Source of the DNA: Octopus vulgaris
Lineage: Eukaryota
Direction of reading: 5' to 3'
Length of the DNA stretch: 64,000 bases
Assembly: GCA_951406725.2 (NCBI GenBank)
Contig: OX597825.1
Location: forward strand, 65,968,001-66,032,000
The notes below the pieces were generated by a model that saw only the letters and a list, made by a program, of their open reading frames with translations, had not been told where the DNA came from and made no database searches. Below are positions 15,092 to 29,150 of this stretch, piece by piece. The position numbers and the translations under genes were made by a program. Numbering within the stretch: position 1 is the first letter of the stretch; every line of letters starts with the position of its first letter.

Positions 15092-16389
15092 CTGTAGGCC
15101 TATATATGTAATTATGAATACATTCATATGTATTTATATATGTATATTTATGTATATTCATGAATGAATATATATATATATATTTGTAAAAAATGAAGTT
15201 CGAAAATGCTGCTATATTATACAATTTTTAATTTTTATATATACATTATAACATGTTTCAGTTCCTGAAATGAACCTTATCAAAAAAAGTTATATATAAA
15301 AAAAGACAGCTCATGCCGTCAAACACAAGAAATTCATTTATAATACACAACGGAGTCAGACATCTTAGAGTTCATGTATAGTTGATATATAGTTTGAAGT
15401 AAGTTCATTCATGCTATATGTTCAAAGTGTTCGATGCAGTGGCCCACGGTGGCGATACGTATTCAATACAAAAAACAGATCAAAGTGGTGGAAAGCAGTC
15501 AATCCAGAAGATTGATGTTTCCGAAAGAGCGAGGAATTCATTTTTACCGTAAGCAATTGTGATGACCCATGGTGGGTGTTCGCTGGGTGGTGTATATATA
15601 TATACACACATACACACATACATACATACATGGCCTTGCTATTTGCTTTTGAGCCAAATTAACTAACTAACTAACTTAACTAACTAACATACATGCATAC
15701 ATGCATGCGTACATACATACATACATACATACATACATGCATACATACATGCATACATGCATACATACTTACATACATACACATACATACATACACACAC
15801 ACATGCATACATACGTACATACATACATACATACATACATACATACATACATACATACATGCATGCATGCATGCATGCATACATACATACATACATACAT
15901 ACATACATGCATGCATGCATGCATGCATGCATGCATGCATGCATACATACATACATACATACATACATACATACATACATACATACATGCGTGGAATTTC
16001 TATCAATCAAATTTCACTCACAAATCATTAGTCAACACTGCGCACGTCTGGATAGGCATTCGCCCAAATTACTGAGCGGTGAGAGAAACCTGCGTCCACG
16101 TGGTTACAAAGTTAAATTATATAACCGATTGAACGACAGTCAATACATTCACTTGTCCTTCTTTTACGGCCTCTGTCCCTCTTCATCCCATCAAACCAAA
16201 GAAAAGGCACGCTCAATTCACCTTGGCGAGAATTTTAACCCAAGCTGTAACGTAAATAAATACAATATTCAGCGTCATGAAGAGATACTTTCAAGGGAGA
16301 TAATTGTCAAATTGTTTTTTTTAATAAATGCGAGAGTTATGTCCCTTAGACAATGTGGCGTCGGTTAGTAATTTTCAATATTTTCTTTT

Positions 16390-17295
16390 GTAAGGTGGTA
16401 AACAGGCAGAATTGTGAGCACGCCAGGAAAAACGCTTACCGGCTTTTCATCCGTCTTTACGATCTGAGTTCAAATTCCGCTGAGGTCGACTTTGTCTTTT
16501 ATCCTTTCGGGTTCGATAAAATGAGTATCAGTTAAATACGGAGGTCGATGTAACCGACTCTCCACCCCGTTCTCGAAATTCCTGGCTTTGTGCCAAAATT
16601 TGAAATCATTATTATTTTTCTTCGTAATATTTTCTTCAGTTGATGGTGATGAACTGACAGAATCGTTACCCATTCAGCGGCGAGCTGGCAGAAGCGTTAG
16701 CATGCCGCGCGAAATGCTAAGCGGTATTTCGTCTGCCGTTATGTTCTGAGTTCAAATTCCGCCGAGGTCGACTTTGCCTTTCATCGTTTCGGGGTCGATT
16801 AAATAAGTACCAATTACGCACTGGGGTCAATGTAATCGACTTAATCCGTTTGTCTGTCCTTGTTTGTCCCCTCTGTATTTAGCACCTTGTGGGTAGTAAA
16901 GAAATAGGTATTTCGCCTGCCGTTACGTTCTGAGTTCAAATTCCCCCGAGGTCGACTTTGCCTTTCATCCTTTCGGCGTCGATAAATTAAGTACCAGTTA
17001 CGCACTGGGATCGATGTAATCGACTTAATCCGTTTGTCTGTCCTTGTTTGTCCCCTCAATGTTTAGCCCCTTGTGGGCAATAAAGAAGAAAGAATCGTTA
17101 CCGAGGCACACAAAATGTTTTTCGGTATTTCTTCTTGATCTTTGTGTTTAGAGTTCAAATGTTGTCGAGATTAACTTTGCCTTTCATCCGTTTTGGGGAC
17201 GATAAAGATATAGCAGCAGTCAAGTAAAGGCATCGATATAATTGACATGCCCATCCCCTAAGAATTACTGGCTTTGACCAAAATCAGAAAGAATT
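16390..17295 (+). repeat. Cluster and tandem of SINE-A copies
   Basis: Repeated gagttcaaattccgccgaggtcgactttgcc core. Confidence 0.8.
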
Positions 17296-17579
17296 ATTTT
17301 TCTTTGTATAGGTTCATATTTATCTCATTGTTTTAAATATAAAATTTTGCTTTCTCCTTGAAATATTTTTCATACACTCTTTTACTTGTTTCAGTCATGA
17401 AGCTGCGGCCATGCTGGAGCACCGCCTTTAGTCGAGCAAATCGACCCTAGGACTTATTCTTTGTGAGCCTAGTACTTATTCTATCGGGGTTTTTTGCCGA
17501 ACCACAAAGTTACGGGGACATAAACACACCACCATCGGTTGTCAAGCGATGTTGGGTGGGACAAACAAAGACACACACT

Positions 17580-17684
<105 letters not shown>

Positions 17685-19961
17685 GACGGGCTTATTACCT
17701 TTTCCGTCTACTAAATCCACTCACAAGGCTTTGGTCGGCCCGAGGCTATAGTAGAATACGCTAGCCCAAAGTGCCACGCAGTGAGACTGAACCAGGAATC
17801 ATCTTTAAACTTTCTTTCAAATTTATTAAGAAATAAATAATTCACATTATAACAACACAAGTATTCGTTATTTTATTCACAGGAGTCAATTCTTCCATTG
17901 ACATATTTTCCAGAAGAACATATAGAGTTGTGAAATATACTCTTCACTACTAGAATAGTACATATTTTATCGATCTCTCAAAGAGAAGCCCAGCTATATA
18001 ATCGTGATTTATATACACAAAAGTAACAGTAAATGTATATCGGTCGATTGAACAGAACTCTGTACCTGATTGGGTCCTTGCTTTGTCGATGTCCAAGGCG
18101 TCGAACTGAGAGAGCCGTTAGTGCGTCGGACAAAATACTAAGCAGTTCTAAATCTGTGTTTCGGTTCTGAGTTCAAATTCCCCTGAGTGCGATACAAATA
18201 CAAGTCAAGTACTAGGGTGGTTGTCATCGACTATTTTCCTTCCAAGAAAATTGCAAGGCTTCTGCTAGTAAAATCGTTAGCACATCGGGTAAAGTGCGTA
18301 GCTCTTTACATTCTGAGTTCAAATTACAGCTGAACTTGACTTTGCGTCTCATTCGTTCGGTCTCGATAAACTCAAGTACTAGTTTAGTACGCAAGCCGAT
18401 GGTATCAGTTTACACCTTTCCTACAAAATTGCTGACTTTTAGCGTAACTTGGATACCATTACTTTATTGATAACAGAAGATGCAAAGGAGACGCTGCCCT
18501 CTGCAGGATATGAACTGAGAACGTAGAGGATTGTAACTAAATACCGCATAGTAATTTACATGTTTATTAAAACTCTATTGAGAAATTTGAAACTGTAGAA
18601 TTATTTTCTACGTGTATATGAATTATTTATTTTCAAATAATCGCTTCAAATTATGGCATAAGACAGGAAATTTCAAAAGGAAGTGATATAGTCGATTGAA
18701 CTGATTCCAGTTTTTCACTGGTACTTTATTTCATCGACCTCGAAAGGATAAAAGGCAAAGTGGATTTCGGTAAAATTTTGAATTCAAAACGTAAAAAGCT
18801 GAAAGAAATGCCGCTAATCATTTTCGTTTAGACGCAAACGGATCTACCTTTATTAATTTTTAGATAAAAATCCTTAATACACAAGGGCTGAAAATTTCGA
18901 GTGAGCTGGTAAGTCGATTACATCGACTCCAGCATTTAATTGTCATTTATTTCATCGACCCTCAAAGATAAGCAAAGTCGACCTTGGAGGAATTTGAACT
19001 TGGAACATAAAGACAGACAAAATGCTGTCAAGAATTCTATACGTCGTGTTAATAATTCTGCTAACTCGCAGCCTTTATTGATTTCCAAATAATAATAATA
19101 ATCTTTTCTGTTGGAGGTACAAAGCCTGAAATTTGGGTTCAAAGTTTGGCACAGAGCCAGCAATTTCGTTATGTATATATGTATGTATATATAGGTTAGA
19201 GCGTCGGACTCACAATCATGAGGTAGTGAGATCGATTCCCGGACCGGGCTATGTTGTGTTCTTGAGCAAGACACTTCATTTCCCGTTGTTCCAGTTACTC
19301 ATTTGTAGAAATGAGTTGTGACGTCACTGGTGCCAAGCTGTATCGGCCTTTGCCTTTCCCTTGGATGACATCAGTAACATGGAGAGGGGAAGCTGGTATG
19401 CATGGGCGACTGCTGGTCTTCCATAATCAACCTTGCCCAGACTTGTGCCTATTTCGTTTGACTGCATTATTACAACTAATACGGGGGCGGCGGGCTGGCA
19501 GAATCGTTAGCACGCCGAGTTAGCGAATCTGCTTAGCGGCATTTTGTCCGTCTTCACGTTCTGAGTTTCAAATTCTGCCGAGGTCGATTTTCGGGGTCGA
19601 TAGAATAAAATATCAGTTGAACATTGGGCCGATGTAATCGACTTATCTTCTTCTCCGAACTCGCTGGCATTGTACCAAATTTTGAAACTATTATTACAAC
19701 TAATACCACTCGATGCCACCACAAAGTGGTCCCTCTAAAACTCCGCTCGTGCGGAAGCTCTAACCGTGATCTGGAGTTGTTTGTTATATTTTTACTACAG
19801 TCGAAAATTCTGGTACCATTCAGCGCTTCTTAGCGTAATACGAAATACACACACACATACACACACACACACTCACATGCACACGCACACACACACACAT
19901 ATCTATTTCTATTTATATATATAGATATGTGTGATTGCGTGTGTGTGTGTGTGTACATACA

Positions 19962-19992
<31 letters not shown>

Positions 19993-20264
19993 GCTCACAC
20001 ACGTTCCCGTCTACCATATCTACTCACAATGTTTTGGTCGCCCCAGGACCATACTAAAAAACATTTGTCCAAATTGTCACAGACTGGGACCGAACCCGAA
20101 ACCATGCGATTAGGTAGATAGATTACAGAAGAATTGTGGAAATAAAACTTGTCTTTTGGTGAGGAGGGGGGGGGGCGGCGAGAACCATCGTGGTTTTTTT
20201 TGGTGGTAACGTTGATGGTTATAGCGTTTTGTTGTTCTTGTTCTTGATCCTGTACTTGTTATTG

Positions 20265-20688
20265 TTGTTGTTGTTGTTGCTGTTGTGGTAGTGGTGGTGG
20301 TGGTGGTGGTGGTGGTGGTGGTGGTGGTGGTGGTGGTGGTGGTGGTAGTGGCGGTAGTGGTGATGGTAGTGGCGGTGGTGGTGGCGGTGGTGGTGGTGGT
20401 GGTGGTGGTGGTGGTGGTGGTGGTGGTGGTGGTGGTGGTGGTGGTGGTGGTGGTGGTGGCGGTGATGGTGATGGTGGTGGTGGTGGTGGTGGTGGTGGTG
20501 GTGGTGGTGGTGGTGGTGGTGGTGGTGGTGGTGGTGGTGGTGGTGGTGGTGGTGGCGGGGTGGTGGCGGTGGTGGTGGCGGTGATGGTGATGGTGGTGGT
20601 GGTGGTGGTGGTGGTGGTGGTGGTGGTGGTGGTGGTGGTGGTGGTGGGTGGGTGGCGGTGGTGGCGGTGGTGGTGGTGGCGGTGGTGA
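20265..20688. repeat. (GGT)n trinucleotide tract
   Basis: Direct inspection. Confidence 0.95.
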
Positions 20689-20917
20689 CGTTCATTGAAA
20701 AGAAAGAGATGAAGATAGGAAGCAAGGCAAATTAAGAAGTGATGTAAGAATACGAAAGGAGGAGGAGGTGGACGGGGAGGAGGATGAGGCGGAGGTGGAG
20801 GATTAAAGAAGTATCCTCATCCCCACCCACCAGGGGCACGAATTCCCAGCAGAGGAAAATCACATAAAACGACTATTGTATTATTACAATTCTATATTTA
20901 GTGATCATAGCTGGTAG

Positions 20918-20948
<31 letters not shown>

Positions 20949-20954
20949 TAACCA

Positions 20955-20986
<32 letters not shown>

Positions 20987-21030
20987 CACAGTAGACACGC
21001 ATGATACAATTCCCATACACGCATGCACAC

Positions 21031-21144
<114 letters not shown>

Positions 21145-21412
21145 GAACGTACACAACGGTTAGCAACTGTTTCCACCGAGATTTTTTAAAAAAAACATAT
21201 GTACTGAATATACAGGAATGTGTGTTGGGGTTGGACGGAAGCTTGCATAATGGTGTGAATCAGAGAAAGAGAGAAAGAATTATCCAATATGGCCGGCGAT
21301 GTCAATGAACTAAAAAGAAGTGATGACGTAATGATGTTATACTCTGGTTACCCTCACTTATCAAGCAGCACAATTTACGCGCGCTTTTCCGACTGGCTTC
21401 ATATGTATGTAC

Positions 21413-21940
<528 letters not shown>

Positions 21941-21954
21941 TTGATATAAATATA

Positions 21955-21986
<32 letters not shown>

Positions 21987-22234
21987 TGTGTGTGTGTCTC
22001 TGTGTCTGTGTGTGTGTGTGTGTGTGTATGTGTGCGTGTGTGTGTATATACACACATATATACATATATGCACGCACAGGCATATTCGGATGCATAGAAA
22101 TATGTATATTTATTTATATATACGCGCATACATGTATGTGTGTGTGTTTGTGTGTGTGCGTGAGTGAGCGTGAGTACGTACGCATATATATATATATGCA
22201 CATGTAGATATATAATATATGCATATGTATATAT

Positions 22235-22407
<173 letters not shown>

Positions 22408-22729
22408 CCTTGTTGCGTTCGAAACAAACATGTAGATGTATTGTATTTGAATGGGGCTGAAGTTTTGATTGGAATTTTCCAATAATATTTCTGTGTTGAA
22501 ACCTTTGTGTTTGATAGTAAGATGTGTTGTTTATATTCATCCCGGAGCAGTCTCTTCTTCAGATAGCATTCTATATTGCTTTAGCATGCATACATGTATG
22601 TATATATACTCATAGACCAGGTGATTCGACGTGTGCATCGTGAGAAAGAGCTTGCAGGTTGATTACGGGTCTGAAGAGACATATGGCAGTTCACAGAGAT
22701 CATATCTCAGAAAATGATCTTATCAATCC

Positions 22730-22898
22730 TGCAAGGACATGTGCTGTTTATCTTGATATGAGATCACCATGTCGTGCACATATTGTTGTGATGCATGTGC
22801 CTGGTGTACCCTTATCAGACGGGTAGTCATGATGGATATACTGGGCTTCGTATATTTTACCCCAGTGTCACTTTGATGGCATGCACTGCTCTCTTCCT

Positions 22899-22976
<78 letters not shown>

Positions 22977-23410
22977 ACAGATTCGCTTGTCAGTTGTTTG
23001 ACCATAACCAGTTGAGCATGTCCCTTAGTGGCTGACAATATGTGCATCTCTGATCAGGACCAGAGGTAGTGGGGGGAGCATCATAGACGTGTGTTGAAAG
23101 GAATTCTTGGAGGTTTGGATAATTCACTTTTGGAATCATAGGTGGTTTGTTCAACATCCTTAAACAATCATTGTTCAAGGACCTTTTGAGCTGGATGGGC
23201 TACTCGACCTGAAGAAAATTCTAGATAGGCCCCCCCCTCCTGCAAGGTCATGCGTTGTTTATCTTGATATGAGATCACCATGTCGCGCACATACGGTTGT
23301 GATGCATGTGCCTGGTGTACCCTTATCAGACGGGTAGTCATGGTGGATATACTGGGTTTCGTATATTTTACCCCAGTGTCACTTTGATGGCATACACTGC
23401 TCTCTCCCTC
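22730..23410. repeat. Interspersed repeat with a ~170-bp direct duplication, each copy followed by (AAT)n
   Basis: ctgcaagg...ggcatgcactgctctc at about 22730-22895 recurs at about 23240-23405. Confidence 0.7.
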
Positions 23411-23964
23411 AATAATGATAATAATAGTAATAATAAAGCTAAAGTGATGACCAAATATATAATGCGTGAGTTTAATTGGCAAAATGTAACAATATCCGTT
23501 TCAACACACAATTTCACATCAGAAATTTTGCAAAACAAATACATAAACGTACAAAGCTTTTCCTTTGCATTTTTTAACATAGACATTTGAACTGAAAACT
23601 ACAGGCTCCAAATTCTAACCTAGTACCAAACATAACGTTAATTAAACAGACACACACTGTCGACTCAGCCACGTAGAAATATCATGCGGTGGTGTATATA
23701 ATATTAAATGTATAATGATAATTGATACAAAAGCCTGCATTTAATTTCGTAGCATAAGCAAATAGTGAAGATCAAGTTGCGTTACTGTTGAATGTTAATG
23801 AGAGCTGAATAATGTTAATTGCAGGAAGAAGTGTTGGAGTTATAACTATGATTATAAATAATTAACTCTCTGTAGAATTAATGAAGAATTTTAGTGATAA
23901 AGAGGTGCAATTTTGGGATCAATTCTGTACCAATATATGCGTGTGTAGTTGTTGCTTGCGTAAG

Positions 23965-24077
<113 letters not shown>

Positions 24078-24311
24078 TATATATATATAAATACATATAC
24101 ATATATATATATACATATATATATACATACATATGAGTGCGTGTCTGTGAATATTTGAGTATATGTCAGCGTTTACATAGATATATATATATATATATAT
24201 ACATACACTCATACACACACACGCACACACACACATATGTATATATATATACATATATATATATCACGGATCTTTACTCACGAATATATGTATGTATGTG
24301 TGAACATAATT

Positions 24312-24383
<72 letters not shown>

Positions 24384-24859
24384 GAGGAGGAGGAGGAGGA
24401 GGAAGAGGAGGAGTTTGTGACCATAAACTGCCTTGCAAACTGTCGTTCCATGCTGCTTATGTTCAGGTTGAACGTCTAAAGATCGATTTGTACTGCGAAG
24501 AGGAAATTCCTGGGTGTCTGCAGTTCCAGGGAGATGGAACTGGATATCTATCTTAGAATGAGATCCCAGTAATGTGATAAACAATATTTTTAAATGCCAG
24601 AGAGAGAGACGGGGGAGAGAGAGAGAATAAGAGAGGGAAGCGGGGCCTTGTTGTGTGGAGCTTTCAAGTTGAGAAGTACAGACTTTATTGCAGCTGAGAG
24701 AGAAAATATATGGAGAAATAACGAACCGTCTGTCTGTGAATAAGCGCTTAGTTTTAGCACATTGGCGACTTTGCCTTTGCTAGTCTGCTGAATACTTTCC
24801 CTTTGGATACAGCTTAGGATGTTTATATATTGTGGTAGTAACTAGACTGTGTGACCATG

Positions 24860-24955
24860 GATGGAAAGATGAGCCAGAGTTAAAGGACCTTGAAAAAGAG
24901 GTATCGAAAATGTGGCATCTAAGGACGACTTTATCTGTGATCATCGAAGCTTTTG
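24860..24955 (+). mobile_element. Small restriction-like endonuclease LINE fragment
   Basis: LKDLEKEVSKMWHLRTTLSVII resembles YKDLEMEVTRMGSLKTETIPII at about 33125. Confidence 0.5.
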
Positions 24956-24965
24956 AAGATAAAAC

Positions 24966-25034
<69 letters not shown>

Positions 25035-25477
25035 CAGCAGCAGCACTTGCGGTGGTGGTGGTGGTAGTGGTGGTGGTGGTGGTGGTGGTAACAACTTGTC
25101 GCTGCGTCCACGATTTGTTGGTGATTCCCTAATCCTGACGGATGACGCCTTTACACAACACAGGCGACAACCCTCCAACACATGGGTCTGTTTGAGTAGT
25201 TGTTACTGGTGAGGGTTTTATTAGGCTGGAGTGCAAATCCTACCTCAACCTCTTGTACGACAGGCAGAGAAAACGTTGGATCTATTCTTTGACATGCCGA
25301 TTCCCATGGTGCTCTTAAAAAAACTGTGATCAAATACCAGAGAACTCCTAAACTATCAGAACTACAAAACATTTTTCTCATGGGTACTGTCCACAGCCTA
25401 AGAAAAATATTGTCAACCTAAAAACATATATTAATCTATTAATGTATTTTAAAATCGCAAACTTTTGATATCTTACA

Positions 25478-25630
25478 CTATTTACATTATTTACATTTGA
25501 CGGATATTTCTCCTCATTTTGTTTGTTGTTAACACAACCTCTCGGCTGGTATACCCTCCATCCTTCATCGGGTGTCTTGGGGAAATTTCGAACCTGGGCT
25601 CTCATTCCTAAGGTATTTTTCGATGTTGTC

Positions 25631-25697
<67 letters not shown>

Positions 25698-25958
25698 TCA
25701 CTGCTTGGAATCGAACTCAGAATCTTGGGGTTAGTTGCCTGCGCTCTTAACCACTACGCCATATGAGAACCCAGGTTCGAAATTTCTCCAAGACACCCGA
25801 TGAAGGCTGGAGGGTATACCAGCCGAGAGGTTGTGTTAACAACAAACAAAATGAAGGCTGGAGGGCATATCAGCCAAAACGCTGTGTTAACAACAAACAA
25901 GATGAGGACAAATATCCGTCAAATGAAAATAATGTAAATAATGTAAATAATGTAAATA
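25478..25958 (-). mobile_element. tRNA-headed element with hammerhead-like tail and an inverted partial copy (Penelope-like structure)
   Basis: Minus strand reads A-box TGGCGTAGTGG (25751-25761), B-box GAGTTCGATTCC (25707-25718), (AAT)n, then a hammerhead-like tail; 25763-25958 is an inverted copy of that tail. Confidence 0.6.
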
Positions 25959-25964
25959 CTGCCC

Positions 25965-26595
25965 ATAATTCCTCTCACATCCGGGCTTCCTGCCATCTAC
26001 GACAGCATGCAGTTCCATCCCATTGGGCAGATGAATCAGATCTGGGATTTTGTCGATGTTTTCTGGTTTCACATGGATTACTATTTCCAAGTTGATCCCA
26101 CACCAGTTTTCTCTGCTGCTCCTTTTCACCTCCAGAAGTGACTATGGGTCTTGGACCACACAAGCGACAATCCAAAATACGTTTACGCTCGGTGGTACGC
26201 CATTCACTCTGATTCTCGTTGTTCTCTTTGAGTGGGATAGAGGACCCACTCCTCAGTCCATCAGGGTGACACTGCGTGTCTTCGCGCGATGTCCTCGCTT
26301 TTAAAGAGGACCTCAATGCTGGCAAACTGCCTCCCCCTCTGTATATGAGCCACATCTATAAAAATATCTCTGAGGGACTAATGGACGCTATTTCAGCCAT
26401 CCGGGTTTTGCGTGATGCGTATCTGAAATAAATGGGCTTCCTCTCTTTTGCCTCTATTATTTCGAGTGGTACAAGTACTGCGGCCTTAGTACCCTCAAAT
26501 TGGATGATAGCTTTTGCTTTTGTGAGTTCGCGCGCTTTGTCATCCAACGGTATCACATACATCACTCTTTTTGTGTTTGCTACATCAGCAAACCT
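25965..26595 (-). mobile_element. Degenerate LINE ORF1 (gag-like, L1/Tx1-type) remnant
   Basis: Minus frames give KRTTRIRVNGVPPSVNVFWIVACV*..NWCGINLEIVIHVKPENIDKIPDLIHLPNGMELHAVVDGRKPGC, the pattern that precedes an ORF1 zinc knuckle; internal stops; recognised from memory only. Confidence 0.55.
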
Positions 26596-27049
26596 TTTTT
26601 TATTTTTGTTATTGCTTTTGTTGTCGTCATCGTTGCTGTTGTTTATTTTGTTACTACTGCTGCTGCTTGTTTGTTTGTTTGTTTGTTGAGCGAATCGGTC
26701 TTCATCCCAGAGCAGTGGGAGAAGTCCGAAACGTAGTCCTTTGCTATTCGTAAGACCCACCGAAGAGAAAGCAGGTCAACCCCCGACACCGAGAGCATCG
26801 ACGGATGGATGAATGTGCATCCAGGCTCAGCGGTTGCGTAGGAAGTCGGGTACAAGAAACAAGAAGAAAGAGTGAGAGAAAGTTGGATCGAAAGAGTACA
26901 ACAGGGGTCGCCACCATCCCCTGTCGGAGCCTCGTGGAGCTTTAGGTGTTTTCGCTCAATAAACATACACAACGCCCGGTCTGGGAATCGAAACCGCGAT
27001 CCTCCGACAGCGAGTCCGCTGCCTTACCCATTGGGCCATTGCGCCTCCA

Positions 27050-27092
<43 letters not shown>

Positions 27093-28213
27093 TGTTGGTG
27101 GTGGTGGAGTTGTGGACACTTCCACAGTTTCTACTCTCCACACCGCCGTCACTGCCGTTAAATGTGTTCTCAGTTGCGTTGCTGTTGCATTCAAACTCCG
27201 CCGAGGTCGATTTTGCCTTTCATCCTTTCGGGGTCGATAAATTAAGTACCAGTTGCGTACTGGGGTCGATCTAATCGACTGGCTCCTTCCCCAAAAATTC
27301 GGGGCCTTGTGGCTTGAGTAGAAAAGAATTGCGTTGCTGTTGCTAACACAACTACTACTATTACTACAGCTACTACTACTACTACTACTGCCACCGCTGC
27401 GTCCGCCGCCGCCACTACTGTCGCCGCCGCCGCTATCATTTCCGTCACTGCTGTTGCTAATGCTTTCACTGCTGCTACTACGAGGTGAACTTTGAACCTT
27501 CCCCCTATCCTGTAATGTTGTCAATAACGGAGAGAAGAGGAGGGAAATTTTCAGCATTCAAAACATTTTTTTTTTTTTCAGGAGGGACAGTTTTTTACCT
27601 CAACTGTTTCAAGATGCGCTCCGCCATCTAGTTGAATTGTGATGATGGAAGCACTCCGTCGGTTACGACGACGAGGGTTCCACAGACACGTGTACCCTTA
27701 ACGTAGTTCTCGGGGTATTCAGCGTGACACAGAGTGACAAGGCCGGCCCTTTGAAATACAGGTACAACAGAAACAGGAAGTAAGAGTGAGAGAAAGTTGT
27801 GGTGAAAGAGTACAGCAGGGATCACCACCATCCCCTGCCGGAGCCTCGTGGAGCTTTAGGTGTTTTCGCTCAATAAACACTCACAACGCCCGGTCTGGGA
27901 ATCGAAACCGCGATCCTACGACCGCGAGTCCGCTGCCCTAACCACTGGGCCATTGCGCCTCCAGTTGAATTGTAAGTGATTACACACCCACTGAATTTAT
28001 TTGATGGGCCGAATATGAGCCCACGAGGGGTTAAGCAAACCCAGAAACACCGGTGACGATTTCCTGGAGTTTCTATTAACGAGTGGGACCAAATGTACAA
28101 TGAAACAGCGTCACCAACTGGTGTAAACAATGTTTTAAAAAACAAACTTACCCGGAGCATTCGAAGATACGTTCAATGTCGTCAACAACAGCAACAACAA
28201 CAACAACAACAAC

Positions 28214-28247
<34 letters not shown>

Positions 28248-28388
28248 TTAGGTTGTCCCAAAAGTTCGTAAACACTTGCGAAAATTGAATTTTTACTCGC
28301 CAAGTACTAACAAAAACAACAAAAAATGTTCCTCAAAATAAAGACCATTATTTTCCAAGACTTTCTACGAACTTTTGGGACAACCTTA
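28248..28388. mobile_element. Mariner-type MITE
   Basis: TIRs ttaggttgtcccaaaagttcgta / tacgaacttttgggacaacctta with TA flanks; lies about 140 bp downstream of the Ig-gene stop. Confidence 0.85.
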
Positions 28389-28396
28389 TAATAATG

Positions 28397-28454
<58 letters not shown>

Positions 28455-28529
28455 TAACCAATATAAAATATATATTTGTTTAATTTGATAATATGAAATA
28501 TCATTTGTTAAAAAAAAAAAGATACGAGT

Positions 28530-28630
28530 TTAAAAGAATAATATATTTAACTGATTAAGAAATGAAATGATTGTGAACAGCGCCACCGTTGTCAGGCTAG
28601 AAAACCTTCCGTTTGAATTGCTAACAGAAT
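28530..28630 (-). CDS. Ig-superfamily gene, terminal coding exon with GPI-anchor-like signal (Y-SVSNSNGRFSSLTTVALFTIISFLNQLNILFF*)
   Basis: Strong acceptor tttctttttttcttctttttcag|AT in phase 1; small residues (S-N-S-N-G), a spacer, then a hydrophobic C-terminus and TAA stop. Confidence 0.75.
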
Positions 28631-28767
28631 CTGAAAAAGAAGAAAAAAAGAAATTAAAATTATATTTATATTAATAATCACAACTTGTAACATAAGCATA
28701 AGGTTATATATTGGTCGGTGGGTAATTTAGATTGAAACCTTCCACACCACCAGTACGTGGCTAGGGT

Positions 28768-29150
28768 GGAGGCGCAATGTCCCAGTGGTTAGGGCAGCGG
28801 ACTCGCGGTCATAGGATCGCGGTTTCGATTCCCAGACCGGGCGTTGTGAGTGTTTATTGAGCGAAAACAACTAAAGCTCCACGAGTCTCCGGCAGGGGAT
28901 GGTGGTGATCCCTGCTGTACTCTTTCACCACAACTTTCTCTCACTCTTACTTCCTGTTTCTGTTGTACCTGTATTTCAAAGGGCCGGCCTTGCCACTCTC
29001 TATGTCACGCTGAATATCCCCTAGAACTACGTTAAGGGTACACGTGTCTGTGGAGTGCTCAGCCACTTACACGTTAATTTCACGAGCAGGCTGTTCCGTT
29101 GATTCGGATCAACCGGAACCCTCGTCGTCGTAACCGACGGAGTCCTTCCC
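28768..29150 (+). mobile_element. SINE family C (others at 6735-, 12023+, 12755-, 26690-, 27630-, 41470-)
   Basis: ggaggcgcaatgtcccagtggttagggcagcggactc...ggtttcgattccc tRNA-like head with A and B boxes. Confidence 0.9.

Noticed and set aside
28768-28845. tRNA-like sequences (also near 3635, 12023, 25700, 57418, 61746)
   Set aside because: They are SINE heads attached to repeat bodies, with imperfect cloverleafs, not tRNA genes.
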